Positions 55,503 to 64,000 of a stretch of DNA of 64,000 bases are shown piece after piece. The number at the start of each line of letters is the position of its first letter. The first letter of the stretch is position 1. A model generated the notes under the pieces. The model had not been told where the DNA came from, made no database searches, and worked only from the letters and a program-made list of their open reading frames with translations. This DNA is from Candidatus Limnocylindria bacterium. GTDB taxonomy: Bacteria; Eisenbacteria; RBG-16-71-46. Where the stretch lies: positions 14,025-78,024 of the forward strand of contig DASQFU010000211.1 of NCBI GenBank assembly GCA_035632955.1. The letters are read 5' to 3'. A program made the translations under genes and the position numbers.

Positions 55503-58228
55503 GAACGCTCCGTCCGTTCGAAGTCCTCGAGCGCCACGAACCAGTCCGGAGTCGGGGTTTCCATCACCCGCAGCGTCTGTCCTCCGTTCAGATGATTCGC
55601 CGGGCACACCTCGACGCAGGTGCCGCAGCCGATGCAGCGATTCTGCTCGGTCGTGATCCAGCGTGGATCCGCACCTTCGTACTCGTGGTTCGCGTGCGTC
55701 GGGCACACCTGAACGCACGCGCCGCAATGAATGCAGGTCGCGGCCGGACCCGCGTCGTTCTCGGCCCGCAACAGCAGGTAGCGGTTGAGACCGGGCAGGG
55801 AAGCCGGTGTGCGCTTCAGGTAGCCGCCCGGACGCACGTGCAGGAAGTCACGCTGATACCGCGGCGATCCGCGCACCGCCGAGAGGATCGCAACGTGACG
55901 CTCGCGGTCGCGCGGGCGCTCGCGATCGGACGCCTGCTGCATCACCTCATAGAGCGGCAGGTGCGGAATGCCGGCCTGACACACCTCCTCGCACTTGCCG
56001 CATCGCATGCACAGATCGAGCAACACGCTGCCCGCGCGCGGCATGGTTGCGCCTGCGAACGTCTCTTCCCCGAGATGCGTCAGCATCTGCGGGAGCCGGA
56101 TCTTCGATTCGTGGAAGATCGGGCACACCGAGTTGCACTCGCCGCAGTTGACGCAGTTGAGCGCGCGCGCCGCGGCCACCTGCGACGTCGGAGCGGCCCC
56201 GTTGCCATCGGCGGCGAGCGGAGGCGCGCCGCCGTCCGCCGTGAGCTCGACCGGCCGCACGGCGAAGCGCGCACCGATGCGCGCCGGCTCGCCGCGTCCG
56301 GACGCCGGCCCCGCGAGCGACGCGAGCATGCCGCGTGCGAGCCGCACGAGGCCGGACAGCGGTGACTCGCAGGCCGCGCGCATCGCCGCGATGCCGGGCA
56401 CGAACCCGGCCTGAGCGAACGCGCCAAGCAGGCCGTGAAAGCGGAAACCGGTGAGGATGCCGCGATTCACGAGCTCCAGCGGATCGAGTGCCCGCCGCGT
56501 GGCGCGCATCCGATCGCCTTCCTCTCGTCCGAACTTGCGCCCGAAGTAGCCCGCTTGCCAGCGCCCGAGCACGTAGGGCTTGCCGTGGTGCCCGCTCGTC
56601 GCCAGATCGAGCAGCGCCGGCGCCAGCAACAGGTCGATGGCGAACGACCCTTTCCTGTGATCGGTCAGATAGGCGCCGATCACGAGCGCGCTGCCATCGC
56701 TCAGGTAGTAGATCTCGACGTCGAGCTCGCTGCCGGCGCCGCGCACTAACCGCTCGGCGCGCGGCAGATAGTGGGACACTTCGTCAGCCGGCATCACGAT
56801 CTCCGCGGCCAGCAGGCCCGGGCCGAGGCGTTTGGTCTGCTGCGGCTTGAAACGCTCGCGGGCGAAGCGAACGCTCTCTTCGCCGAGCACAGCCGGGTTT
56901 CCGGGACATTGAACGAGCAAGGTGGCGAACCCACGCGCTGCGGCGATGCTCAGGAAATCGACGAACAAATACGACTGCAGGTCGTGGTTCACTGCCGGCG
57001 CACCGAACTCGGAGACCAGGACGCCGAGCTCCGCGGGACCTGCGATACGCGTCCAGGGCAGGTTCGCACCTGCCGAGATCGTGCTCGGACGCTCGTGCCA
57101 TGTCCGTGCGTCCTCGTCCTGCCACACGCGGTGGGTGTGGTGCAGATGCGAGGCCGACAACAGCTTCAGGTTGCCGGGACATGGGAAACTGCGGCTGGCT
57201 TCGTGGCCGATCCAGGCCGCCGCGGCGAGCGCGTCCGCCTGTGTTCCGAAGCCGAGCAGAAAGGCGCCAATCTCCGGGCGACGCTCGACCTCGACCGTGA
57301 GCTGCAGCACCAATCCCAGCACGCCTTCGCTCCCGGCGAGATCCGAAAGCCCGATCGGCTGCTGGCCGCGGGAGCGGAACCACTCTGCGCTCTGCTCGCC
57401 CGTGAGCGTATGGCGCTTCGCGCCGTCCGGCACGTCCACCCGCCCGTCGTCGTGGAGACGAACGTGCTCTCCAGTCGGCAGCAGGAGATCGGCGGCGCGC
57501 ACGCTGTCGAGTGATCGGCCATGCGCGAACGCGTTGAGGCCGATGCCGCCGGTCACGAACCACCCCACGAGCGTGCCGCCGAGGTTCGAGGGATAGACCT
57601 TGAGCGCGAGCCCGCGTTCCGCCAATCGCTCGTGGATGGTGCGGAGCCGCGCGCCGGCGCCAATCACTGCGACGCCGTCGGTCGTGTCGATGTCGACGGT
57701 GTCGAGACGCGAGAGGTCGAGCGTGAGGCCGGCGTCGTTCGGCACCGAGCCGCCCATGGCGGTCGACGCGGCGCCGCGCAACGTCACGGGAACACGATGC
57801 GCCCGCGCCCAGCGCAAGGCGGAAGCCGCCTCGGCCAGGTTGATCGGCAGGAAGATCAGATCCGGCACGGCGTGAGTGAGCGTGCGTGTGAAGAGTCTGC
57901 CGAGATAGACGTTCTGGTCGCGGTCGGCCTCGGAGCGCAGGAACGCATCGGTGACGATCCGCTCGCGCAAGGCCGGGCCCGGGACGGCTCCGCGAGCGGC
58001 TGCGGCGGGATCGGGAGCCTCGGTCGTCAGGGCCGAATGCAACGACGCCGCCAGAACGCGCGTCCGCGACGGCGCATCTCGCTCACCCGGCGCACGGTCT
58101 TCGTCGAAGAAGTAGTGGAGGTCCGGAAACGCCGTCTTGACGGTGTTTGCGCGCTGCTCGGGATTGAGTTGTATGAACTCGCTCAGCGGGTGTCGGACGG
58201 TCTTTTCAAGAAAGGAGGGTTCGGTCAT
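55499..58228 (-). CDS. FAD-linked oxidase (GlcD-like FAD_binding_4) fused to 4Fe-4S cluster domains
   Basis: PDLIFLPINLAEAASALRWARAHRVPVTLRGAASTAMGGSVP FAD-binding block. Cys clusters CVNCGECNSVCP, CMRCGKCEEVCQ, CIHCGACVQVCP and CIGCGTCVEVCP. ATG 58228 (MTEPSFLEK) chosen; the ORF is open up to 58462. Confidence 0.8.
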   Translation of the reverse strand: MTEPSFLEKTVRHPLSEFIQLNPEQRANTVKTAFPDLHYFFDEDRAPGERDAPSRTRVLAASLHSALTTEAPDPAAAARGAVPGPALRERIVTDAFLRSEADRDQNVYLGRLFTRTLTHAVPDLIFLPINLAEAASALRWARAHRVPVTLRGAASTAMGGSVPNDAGLTLDLSRLDTVDIDTTDGVAVIGAGARLRTIHERLAERGLALKVYPSNLGGTLVGWFVTGGIGLNAFAHGRSLDSVRAADLLLPTGEHVRLHDDGRVDVPDGAKRHTLTGEQSAEWFRSRGQQPIGLSDLAGSEGVLGLVLQLTVEVERRPEIGAFLLGFGTQADALAAAAWIGHEASRSFPCPGNLKLLSASHLHHTHRVWQDEDARTWHERPSTISAGANLPWTRIAGPAELGVLVSEFGAPAVNHDLQSYLFVDFLSIAAARGFATLLVQCPGNPAVLGEESVRFARERFKPQQTKRLGPGLLAAEIVMPADEVSHYLPRAERLVRGAGSELDVEIYYLSDGSALVIGAYLTDHRKGSFAIDLLLAPALLDLATSGHHGKPYVLGRWQAGYFGRKFGREEGDRMRATRRALDPLELVNRGILTGFRFHGLLGAFAQAGFVPGIAAMRAACESPLSGLVRLARGMLASLAGPASGRGEPARIGARFAVRPVELTADGGAPPLAADGNGAAPTSQVAAARALNCVNCGECNSVCPIFHESKIRLPQMLTHLGEETFAGATMPRAGSVLLDLCMRCGKCEEVCQAGIPHLPLYEVMQQASDRERPRDRERHVAILSAVRGSPRYQRDFLHVRPGGYLKRTPASLPGLNRYLLLRAENDAGPAATCIHCGACVQVCPTHANHEYEGADPRWITTEQNRCIGCGTCVEVCPANHLNGGQTLRVMETPTPDWFVALEDFERTERS

Positions 58229-58442
58229 TCCGCCGGGTTCGAGGAAGGCCGATCCGCCGGCGGTCTCTCGCCGGACCACCGCGTGCGGAACTCGCGGCGA
58301 AGCGTCGCGGGCTCCTGCTGGAGCCCGGATCATCCATGTGCCGCGAACCGAAGCACTATAGCAGAGGGTGCCGGGGCGAACCACGCGACGCCGGTCCAGA
58401 CGCTGGTGGAAGAACTGGTCCAGCCTGCACGCTCGGTCTGAT

Positions 58443-58779
58443 TCAGACGTTTCGGAGAGCATTCACGACCGTGGCATCCAGCACGAGAACGATCGAGGTA
58501 TCGCTTTTCGATCAGCGACACGATCGCTTCACGCGGCCCTTGCAGCCAGTCCGGACTGCCGTAGAAAGCCTCCTGGCTGAATCGCCGATGCTCCAAGCTG
58601 TCGTAGCTCCTGATCAGAAAGTAGGACACGTCGTCGTGAGGCGATGGCCCGTAGGCAACGACGTCGACGTACCATCGCTCAAGCAAAGGAAGGGATGCCT
58701 GAGTGACGAGACGGTGGAACTCGTCACGACTTCCCGGCTTCAAATTGTAGGAACGGATTTCCACGAATCTCTGCATCAC
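58443..58779 (-). pseudogene. NIPSNAP-like protein gene with probable +1 frameshift at an A4 run
   Basis: MMQRFVEIRSYNLKPGSRDEFHRLV...SPDWLQGPREAIVSLIE is NIPSNAP-like. After gaaaag (T-run 58505-58508 on the + strand) the listed frame turns into junk with 7/21 G/C third positions. The +1 frame reads SDTSIVLVLDATVVNALRNV-stop with 14/21 G/C third positions, ending at 58443. Confidence 0.5.
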
Positions 58780-59419
58780 GCTCAGGGTCCATTTCCCAAA
58801 GTCCAGGATAGCTGCGGACGAAGCCCTCCGGCGTCACCTCGAGCAGCGCCGCGTAGCTGAAACGCGGCGCTGCCGGCAGCCGGGCGGTCACGGTGGCGCA
58901 TCTCGACGCCGCTAGCCGCACGCGGCTTGGTACGACGCGCGTGCCGGGGTCAGAGGATGGCCTCTATCCGCAGCTCGCGACAGATGCGACGAACACGTGT
59001 GGGTGGCATGGTCCCAAGGCCGGGATGGCGCTCGGGCGATCGGTCTCGCACGGTTGGCGCTCGACTGAAGACCCAACGGGCGTCGGTGATTCGTTAATCG
59101 CTCGACTTCGACGGCTAACGGCGGCGCCATGTGGCGTCGCCTCGGACGTTTCGGCTCTGCCAAGAGGGTGAGTCCACCGGCCCTGGATCTTCCGACGCAG
59201 CCATCTGTCGACGGACCCCCCGGAACTGGGGAACTTGATGGCGTCGCGGCGGGAGCGATAGAGTGTGGGTCCGATCACCACGACCTAAGCGGGCTGTCGC
59301 CTCATCTCATCCGTTCCACGGTCCGTAGTAGATCGGGCGAGGGCCGTTCGTCCCGGTAGCGTTCTTGCAACCTCGCGCGCCCAAAAGCCGCTGTATCGAA
59401 TGGTCCCAGGAGGTTTTCC

Positions 59420-60103
59420 ATGCCAAGAAGAACACTCTTCATCGCCGGCGCAGCATCGCTGCTGCTCGCCTCTGCGGCGTTCCTCGCTCTCAAGAGCCAG
59501 GCCGCCGACCACAACGACGCGCCAGGCGTGGCGACGGATGCGAAGCTCGACATCAACGACATCTATGCGTTCCGCAGTCCGGCCAACTCGGCCAACCTGG
59601 TCATCGCCGCGACCGTGAATCCGTTCCTGACCAGCTCGCCGTCCGGGTCCCTGTTCTCGACGATCGGCCGCTATCAATTCCATGTCGACGACGACGACGC
59701 GGACCTTCTCGACGACGTGACCGTGACCTTCACGTTCAGCGATTCAGCGGGGACGCAACAGTGGCGAGCCGAGGGGCTCGGTGTCACCGCGATTACTGGC
59801 CAAGTCACTCGCGTGGGTTCGGCTCCGATCATCTACGACGCTGGCGGTATCAAGATTTTCTGCGGTTTGCGCGATGACCCCTTCTTCTTCGACCTCGCCG
59901 GATTCCAGATGTTCGTCGCCGCCCCGCACAACCTCATCCCGGGCAACGGACTACGCACCGTTGCAGAAGGGACGCCCGTCGATCGCTTCGTCGGCTTGAA
60001 CATCGCGGCAATTGTGATCGAGCTACCTATTACCGCCTTGGGCGTGCCGAGTCCTACCAGCGGCACCATCAAGGCATGGTTCTCGACCGCGAGGCAGAAC
60101 TGA
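59420..60103 (+). CDS. secreted DUF4331 domain protein (N-terminal-type half)
   Basis: Signal peptide LLLASAAFLALKSQA then ADHNDAPGVATDAKLDINDIYAFRS (DUF4331 signature SDHxDxP...DIxDxYAF). GGAGG precedes the ATG. Confidence 0.75.
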   Translation: MPRRTLFIAGAASLLLASAAFLALKSQAADHNDAPGVATDAKLDINDIYAFRSPANSANLVIAATVNPFLTSSPSGSLFSTIGRYQFHVDDDDADLLDDVTVTFTFSDSAGTQQWRAEGLGVTAITGQVTRVGSAPIIYDAGGIKIFCGLRDDPFFFDLAGFQMFVAAPHNLIPGNGLRTVAEGTPVDRFVGLNIAAIVIELPITALGVPSPTSGTIKAWFSTARQN

Positions 60104-60172
60104 TCCGTAGGTGTTCGCCGCCATCTCGACGCCCCTCGAGCGCCATCGCTCACCGGGCACGGAGGAATTCAA

Positions 60173-60673
60173 GTGATGAGATCCACCAAGACTCTGACTG
60201 CATTGTTCGCTGTCGCGGCGATGCTGGGCGGATGCAGCAGCGACAATCCGACCGTTCCGCCGGTCACGTTCACGCAGTTCGATCGGATGGCGATCCCGGC
60301 CATCAACACGGCGCTGATCCCGTCCGCTCAGAAGAACGCTTTCAACGCCGGCAGCCCCGCAACCGACCAGGCTTCGTACTCGGCCACGGCGCTCGCTTCC
60401 ATCAATGCGTTGCGGGCGGCGATGTCGACCTTCCAGCCACCGGAAGACTCTCCCGGTATCGCCGCGAGCGCGGTGGTCGCGATCGTCATTCCGGACATCG
60501 TGACGGTCAACTTCGCGAACACCCTTCAGTTCCCGAACGGACGGCAGCTCACGGACGATGTTATCGACGTGGAGTTGGGATTGATCTTGAACCGTGCCGC
60601 CGCGTCGGACGACATCGACGCGAACGATAGGACGTTTCTCTCGACGTTCCCCTATCTCGCGGCGCCAAACTGA
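60173..60673 (+). CDS. lipoprotein with DUF4331 C-terminal-type motifs
   Basis: Lipobox AMLGGCSS. Motifs MAIPAINTALIP, FPNGRQLTDDVIDVEL and NDRTFLSTFPYLAAPN match the C-terminal part of DUF4331 proteins as I recall them. Confidence 0.7.
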   Translation: MMRSTKTLTALFAVAAMLGGCSSDNPTVPPVTFTQFDRMAIPAINTALIPSAQKNAFNAGSPATDQASYSATALASINALRAAMSTFQPPEDSPGIAASAVVAIVIPDIVTVNFANTLQFPNGRQLTDDVIDVELGLILNRAAASDDIDANDRTFLSTFPYLAAPN

Positions 60674-60716
60674 TCGGCGCTTAACGCCGACCGGCAAGAC
60701 GAGTATCAAGCACGCA

Positions 60717-60747
60717 GGCGGCGCCCATGGCGCCGCCTCCTTTTTTT
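60717..60747 (+). terminator. Rho-independent terminator
   Basis: ggcggcgcc-cat-ggcgccgcc is a perfect 9-bp GC stem, followed by tcc and a T7 run (60741-60747), 44 nt after the DUF4331 lipoprotein stop and between convergent genes. Confidence 0.75.
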
Positions 60748-60776
60748 CCTGTCCTCTCGCGAAATCGGGACTCGAC

Positions 60777-61604
60777 TCACCCTTGAATCAGGATCCGCGT
60801 CACGTTCACGAATGACAGCACGACGCCGGCCGCCGTCAACGCGAGCAGTGCGAGCGCCAGCACCATCATCGAGCGGCTCTCTCGCTTCTCGCCGAAGCCC
60901 ATGGCATGGGCGGCCAGCCAGCCGCCCGCGAATCCGCCTGCGTGCGCCCAGTTGTTCACCGAGGGCATGACAAAACCCATGACGAACAGGATGATCGCCC
61001 ATTGCCAGAGCTGGCCGCTCATCATCGAGATCTTGCGGCGCCGCGCATAAGTGATCAGTGCCGCGAGCAATCCGAAAATGCTCCCCGACGCGCCGACGGT
61101 GGGCGTCCCGCTCGCCAGGTTCGAGACCAGGAATCCGGCGGCCCCGGACAAGTTGAAGATGATGAACGCTCGCGCGGGACCGAACGCGTCGGTGACCGCG
61201 GGGCCGAGGCTGCGGATCCACATCACGTTGAAGAAGATGTGGAGCAACCCGCCGTGCAGGTAGATGGCGGTGAACAGCGTCCACCACCAGCCTTGCGACC
61301 ATGCGACGCCGCCCGTCATGCCGAGCTGGTAGAGCGCCCGGTTGCCGGGCGAGAGGATCGAGAACAAACCGAGCGGCCGCAGGATCGCGCTCGGTTGCAG
61401 AACCAGGGCCGCGACGTAGAGCCCGACGCAGCTCATCACGATCAGCGCGATCAGATCGAGCTGCCGGCCGAACAGCCGCTGCATCACCGGCGTGTAGCCG
61501 TAGAGGCCGGGCCGCCAGGCGCCGCAGAACGGGCACTTCTCCTCGCCGACTCCAATCAGCTTGCCGCAGCTCGGACAGATCATGGAGCCGGCGGTCTGGC
61601 GCAT
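60777..61604 (-). CDS. rhomboid family intramembrane serine protease with N-terminal zinc ribbon
   Basis: MICPSCGKLIGVGEEKCPFCG zinc ribbon. Rhomboid motifs WWWTLFTAIYLHGGLLHIFFNM, GASGSIFGLLAA (GxSG) and the distal NNWAHAGGFAGG histidine. Confidence 0.85.
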   Translation of the reverse strand: MRQTAGSMICPSCGKLIGVGEEKCPFCGAWRPGLYGYTPVMQRLFGRQLDLIALIVMSCVGLYVAALVLQPSAILRPLGLFSILSPGNRALYQLGMTGGVAWSQGWWWTLFTAIYLHGGLLHIFFNVMWIRSLGPAVTDAFGPARAFIIFNLSGAAGFLVSNLASGTPTVGASGSIFGLLAALITYARRRKISMMSGQLWQWAIILFVMGFVMPSVNNWAHAGGFAGGWLAAHAMGFGEKRESRSMMVLALALLALTAAGVVLSFVNVTRILIQG

Positions 61605-61658
61605 GGCCGCGGAGAATAAGCCAGCGCGTGCACGCGCGCGAGCGCGTGAGGTGCGTCG

Positions 61659-62474
61659 CTACCCGCTCACCTTACCGAGCATCACGACCGGGCCGCTCGG
61701 GGCGGCTGGATTCGGCGAGCCACCCGCGGGCTCGAGCGAGACTGCGAACGCTCCGAGCGTCGCCGGGTCGCCAACGTTCTCGAGCCGCAGCACCGCGTGG
61801 CCGGTATCGTCCGCCTTGACGAGTCCGAGGCTCGCAGGCGCCGGCGTGGCGCCGCGGATTGCCCACAGCTCGTAATCGTGCCCGGTCGGCGCACGGAAGT
61901 TCTCGAACACGACCACCGCGCGCTGAGTGGCGGGATCGTAGGTGACGCGCGCCTTGAGATCGGGCGTTCCCTGCGGGGTCGTCGCCAGCTCCACGACCCG
62001 CGCCTGCGGTGCGCTCAGCACCGCCGCCCAGCGTTGCTCGTCGGCCAGCCGTTGCTCGAGCTCGGTCATCTGGCTGCGTTTCGCTTCGAGCTCGGTCCTG
62101 AGTCGCGACGCGGTATTCCACGAGATGGCCGTGGCGATGACGAGCGCAGCCGCGACGGCCGCCCAGGCCCAGCTCAGCATCGCCCGCCGAGGGCGCTCGA
62201 GCACCAAGCGACGCCCTTCGGGTGCGGGTGCAGCCTCGGGGCCATCCGACCGCACGGCCGCCATGACGCGTCTCTTCAGCTCGGCGCTCGGTCGAGCGGC
62301 GGGCGCGGAGGCGGCGAGCAACACCGTGGCAGCGCTGAAGTCGGCGAGCGCCGCTTCGCACTGCGCGCAGCCTTGCTCGAGGTGAGCCTCGAGCAGGCGC
62401 CGGTCCGCCTCGTCGAGGCTGCCGAGCGCGTATGCTGCGCACAGGTCCAGGTGTTCCTCCCGATGCTGGCTCAC
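61659..62474 (-). CDS. anti-sigma factor (zf-HC2 N-terminus, single TM, RskA-like C-terminal domain)
   Basis: GTG 62474 forms a GTGA overlap with the sigma gene stop. HLDLCAAYALG...EAHLEQGCAQCEAAL (H-x3-C-x2-C), TM AMLSWAWAAVAAALVIATAISW, and C-terminal YELWAI...AFAVSLEPAGGSP (RskA-type). Confidence 0.75.
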   Translation of the reverse strand: MSQHREEHLDLCAAYALGSLDEADRRLLEAHLEQGCAQCEAALADFSAATVLLAASAPAARPSAELKRRVMAAVRSDGPEAAPAPEGRRLVLERPRRAMLSWAWAAVAAALVIATAISWNTASRLRTELEAKRSQMTELEQRLADEQRWAAVLSAPQARVVELATTPQGTPDLKARVTYDPATQRAVVVFENFRAPTGHDYELWAIRGATPAPASLGLVKADDTGHAVLRLENVGDPATLGAFAVSLEPAGGSPNPAAPSGPVVMLGKVSG

Positions 62475-63028
62475 GTCCACTCCTCTTGCGGCATCTGCTC
62501 TCGCAGGCGCATCAGCGCCTGGCGAGTCCACGACTTCACGGTCCCGAGCGGAGCGCCGAGGCGCGTCGCGACCTCGCTCTGCGACAAGCCTTCGAAGAAG
62601 GCGATCTCGAGCACCTGGCGCTGCTGGGGCGGCAGCGACCCGAGCGCATTCTGGACTCGCTCGCCGAGCTCGCTCTGCTGCGCCAACCTGGAGGGCTCCG
62701 CAGGAGGGCTGGGCGGCTCGGGATTCACCTGGTTCTCGGCTTTCTTGCGCGATGCGACGCTGCGATAGAGGTCGAGGGCCCTGGTGCGGGTGACCGTGAG
62801 CAACCACGCTGCCACGGTGCCTCGCCGCGGGTCGTAGCTCCCGGCGCTCTTCCAGACCTGCACCCACGCCTGCTGCACGGCGTCCTCGGCGTCCGGAGCG
62901 CGGCGCAGGATGCGCAGAGCCACCGGATAGAGGAGCGGCGTGTAGCGGTCGTAGAGCTCCTCGAGTGCACTCGATTCGCCACCCTTGAGCCTAAGGATGC
63001 ATAGCGAATCGCGCTCCTGCAGGCTCAT
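62471..63028 (-). CDS. ECF-type RNA polymerase sigma-70 factor
   Basis: Region 2 block DAEDAVQQAWVQVW...AWLLTVTRTRALDLYR and region 4 block QRQVLEIAFFEGLSQSEVATRLGAPLGTVKSWTRQAL. ATG 63028 chosen within listed ORF 62471..63211. Confidence 0.85.
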   Translation of the reverse strand: MSLQERDSLCILRLKGGESSALEELYDRYTPLLYPVALRILRRAPDAEDAVQQAWVQVWKSAGSYDPRRGTVAAWLLTVTRTRALDLYRSVASRKKAENQVNPEPPSPPAEPSRLAQQSELGERVQNALGSLPPQQRQVLEIAFFEGLSQSEVATRLGAPLGTVKSWTRQALMRLREQMPQEEWT

Positions 63029-63248
63029 CGGACGACCCCGACCTGACCGACGACTTTCATGCTCTCTACGGTCCCCAGGACAGATCGGACTTGGGAGCGG
63101 ATCGGCTCGCTTGGAACGGCCTGGGATGTGATCCTCTATCCCGGTGGCGGCCGGTACCTTAAACCGGCGGTTCCACCGGAACAAGGCACGACCCGGCACC
63201 TTGTCGTTCATGCGCCGTCACGCCGCCGGCTGTTAAGGTGAGAGCCGC

Positions 63249-64000
63249 ATGGCGCGCCCCCGCAAGCAGGCTTCTCCACCGCCACGTCCCGAGCCTGAAA
63301 CGAGGGCGCGGTGGGACGGCGTCACGCTCGCCGCGTTGATTGCAACTTGCATCGCCGGCGCGTTCGTCTTTCGTTCCGCGCTCGGCTATTTTTTCGCGCA
63401 GGACGATTTCGCCGGGCTCGCTCGCGCCGCTGGAGTGCTTCCTCGCCTCACCGGACCGTGGCGCTTTCTCTCGGGACAAACTTACTTCGATCTGATGCGG
63501 GCGCTCGCCGGCCTCGACCCACGGCCCTATCACGCGGCCAGCCTGCTCGCGCACGTGGGGTGCGGCGCGCTCTTGTTCGTTCTCCTCTCCGCACGGCTTC
63601 CGACCGCGGCCGCGTTCGTCGGCGCTGTGTTCTTCGCTGTCCACCCGGCATTGTTCACGGCGCTCTATTCGGTTTCCGGAATCGGTGAGATCCTGGCGCT
63701 CCTGTTCGGGCTTGGCGCTCTGCTCGCCGCCACGGCGCGGGGGCGCCGCCGCTGGCTCGCCGTGCCGCTGTTCGCTTCGTCACTGCTCGCCAAGGAATCC
63801 ACGCTGCTCCTGCCGCTGGCAGTGCCGCTCCTGCCGAGCCGCAAGCAATCCGCGCGACCGTTTCTCGATCCGGTGTTCGGGTCGCTCGCCGCGCTGTCCA
63901 TCATGTATCTCGCTTACTTCCTGGTGAGCGATGCGTTCGGCGTGCGCAGCACGCTGCCGGAGAGCGCGCCCTACGCGCTCGGCGTTGGCGATCATGTGCT
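63249..64000 (+). CDS. GT-C / PMT-like polytopic membrane protein, 3' end outside window
   Basis: My own translation from ATG 63249 is open to the window end (MARPRKQASPP...FAQDDFAGL...YHAASLLAHVGCGALLFVLL...FFAVHPALFTALYSVSGIGEILALLF...LLAKESTLLLP). This resembles the N-terminal region of PMT/TMTC-like (DUF1736-containing) glycosyltransferases. It is not in the ORF track because it lacks a stop. Confidence 0.55.
   Translation, partial: MARPRKQASPPPRPEPETRARWDGVTLAALIATCIAGAFVFRSALGYFFAQDDFAGLARAAGVLPRLTGPWRFLSGQTYFDLMRALAGLDPRPYHAASLLAHVGCGALLFVLLSARLPTAAAFVGAVFFAVHPALFTALYSVSGIGEILALLFGLGALLAATARGRRRWLAVPLFASSLLAKESTLLLPLAVPLLPSRKQSARPFLDPVFGSLAALSIMYLAYFLVSDAFGVRSTLPESAPYALGVGDHV

Noticed and set aside
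58724-58921. 65-aa ORF upstream of and overlapping the NIPSNAP-like gene.
   Set aside because: Its 3' part is an out-of-frame read of the NIPSNAP N-terminus, and the remainder has no recognisable motif. There is insufficient support to call a gene.
58860-59300. Possible degraded mobile-element remnant in the 640-nt gap. The minus-strand peptide ...GTMPPTRVRRICRELRIEAIL faintly resembles the RV.RLMRE.G segment of IS3-type transposases. ORF 58964..59281 is also here.
   Set aside because: The similarity is too short and is interrupted by stops. No inverted repeats, DDE motif or target duplication were seen. It is left unannotated; a BLASTX would settle it.

Overview
GC-rich (by eye about two-thirds G+C) chromosomal segment from a diderm bacterium, densely coding on both strands. 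I can support about 46 protein-coding genes or pseudogenes, 2 hairpin terminators and 2 putative promoters. I saw no rRNA, tRNA, CRISPR array or intact mobile element. Left part: Opp/Dpp-type ABC importer (binding protein plus 2 permeases), alpha/beta hydrolase, ABC-2 exporter, TerC, zf-UBP, DUF5996, TMEM175-like channel, DUF2911/TPR protein, FAD oxidoreductase, MATE exporter. Centre: an 8.6-kb cyclic beta-1,2-glucan synthase (Cgs/NdvB-like) gene with a Com-like zinc-ribbon gene upstream, and a TamA/TamB deletion scar. Right part: TSP3-repeat OmpA protein, a secreted protein with four 4-Cys repeats, Tag glycosylase, a 2163-aa glutamate-synthase-like fusion protein translationally coupled to a 909-aa FAD/Fe-S oxidase, a DUF4331 pair, and an ECF sigma / anti-sigma / rhomboid operon. 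The best candidate for an undescribed system is a four-gene cassette present twice as clearly diverged paralogues (13.2-19.3 kb and 33.4-39.5 kb). It comprises a cNMP-binding-domain protein and a TLC (ATP/ADP-translocase-like) transporter fused to HEAT repeats, divergent from a POTRA-less Omp85-like barrel and an exported protein with a PI3K/PI4K-like kinase core. The second copy continues into a lipoprotein metallophosphoesterase and a third, stand-alone TLC transporter (to 42.2 kb). Many long ORFs in the supplied track are antisense or out-of-frame shadows typical of high-GC DNA and were rejected. All family assignments come from motif recognition by eye, not from database searches.
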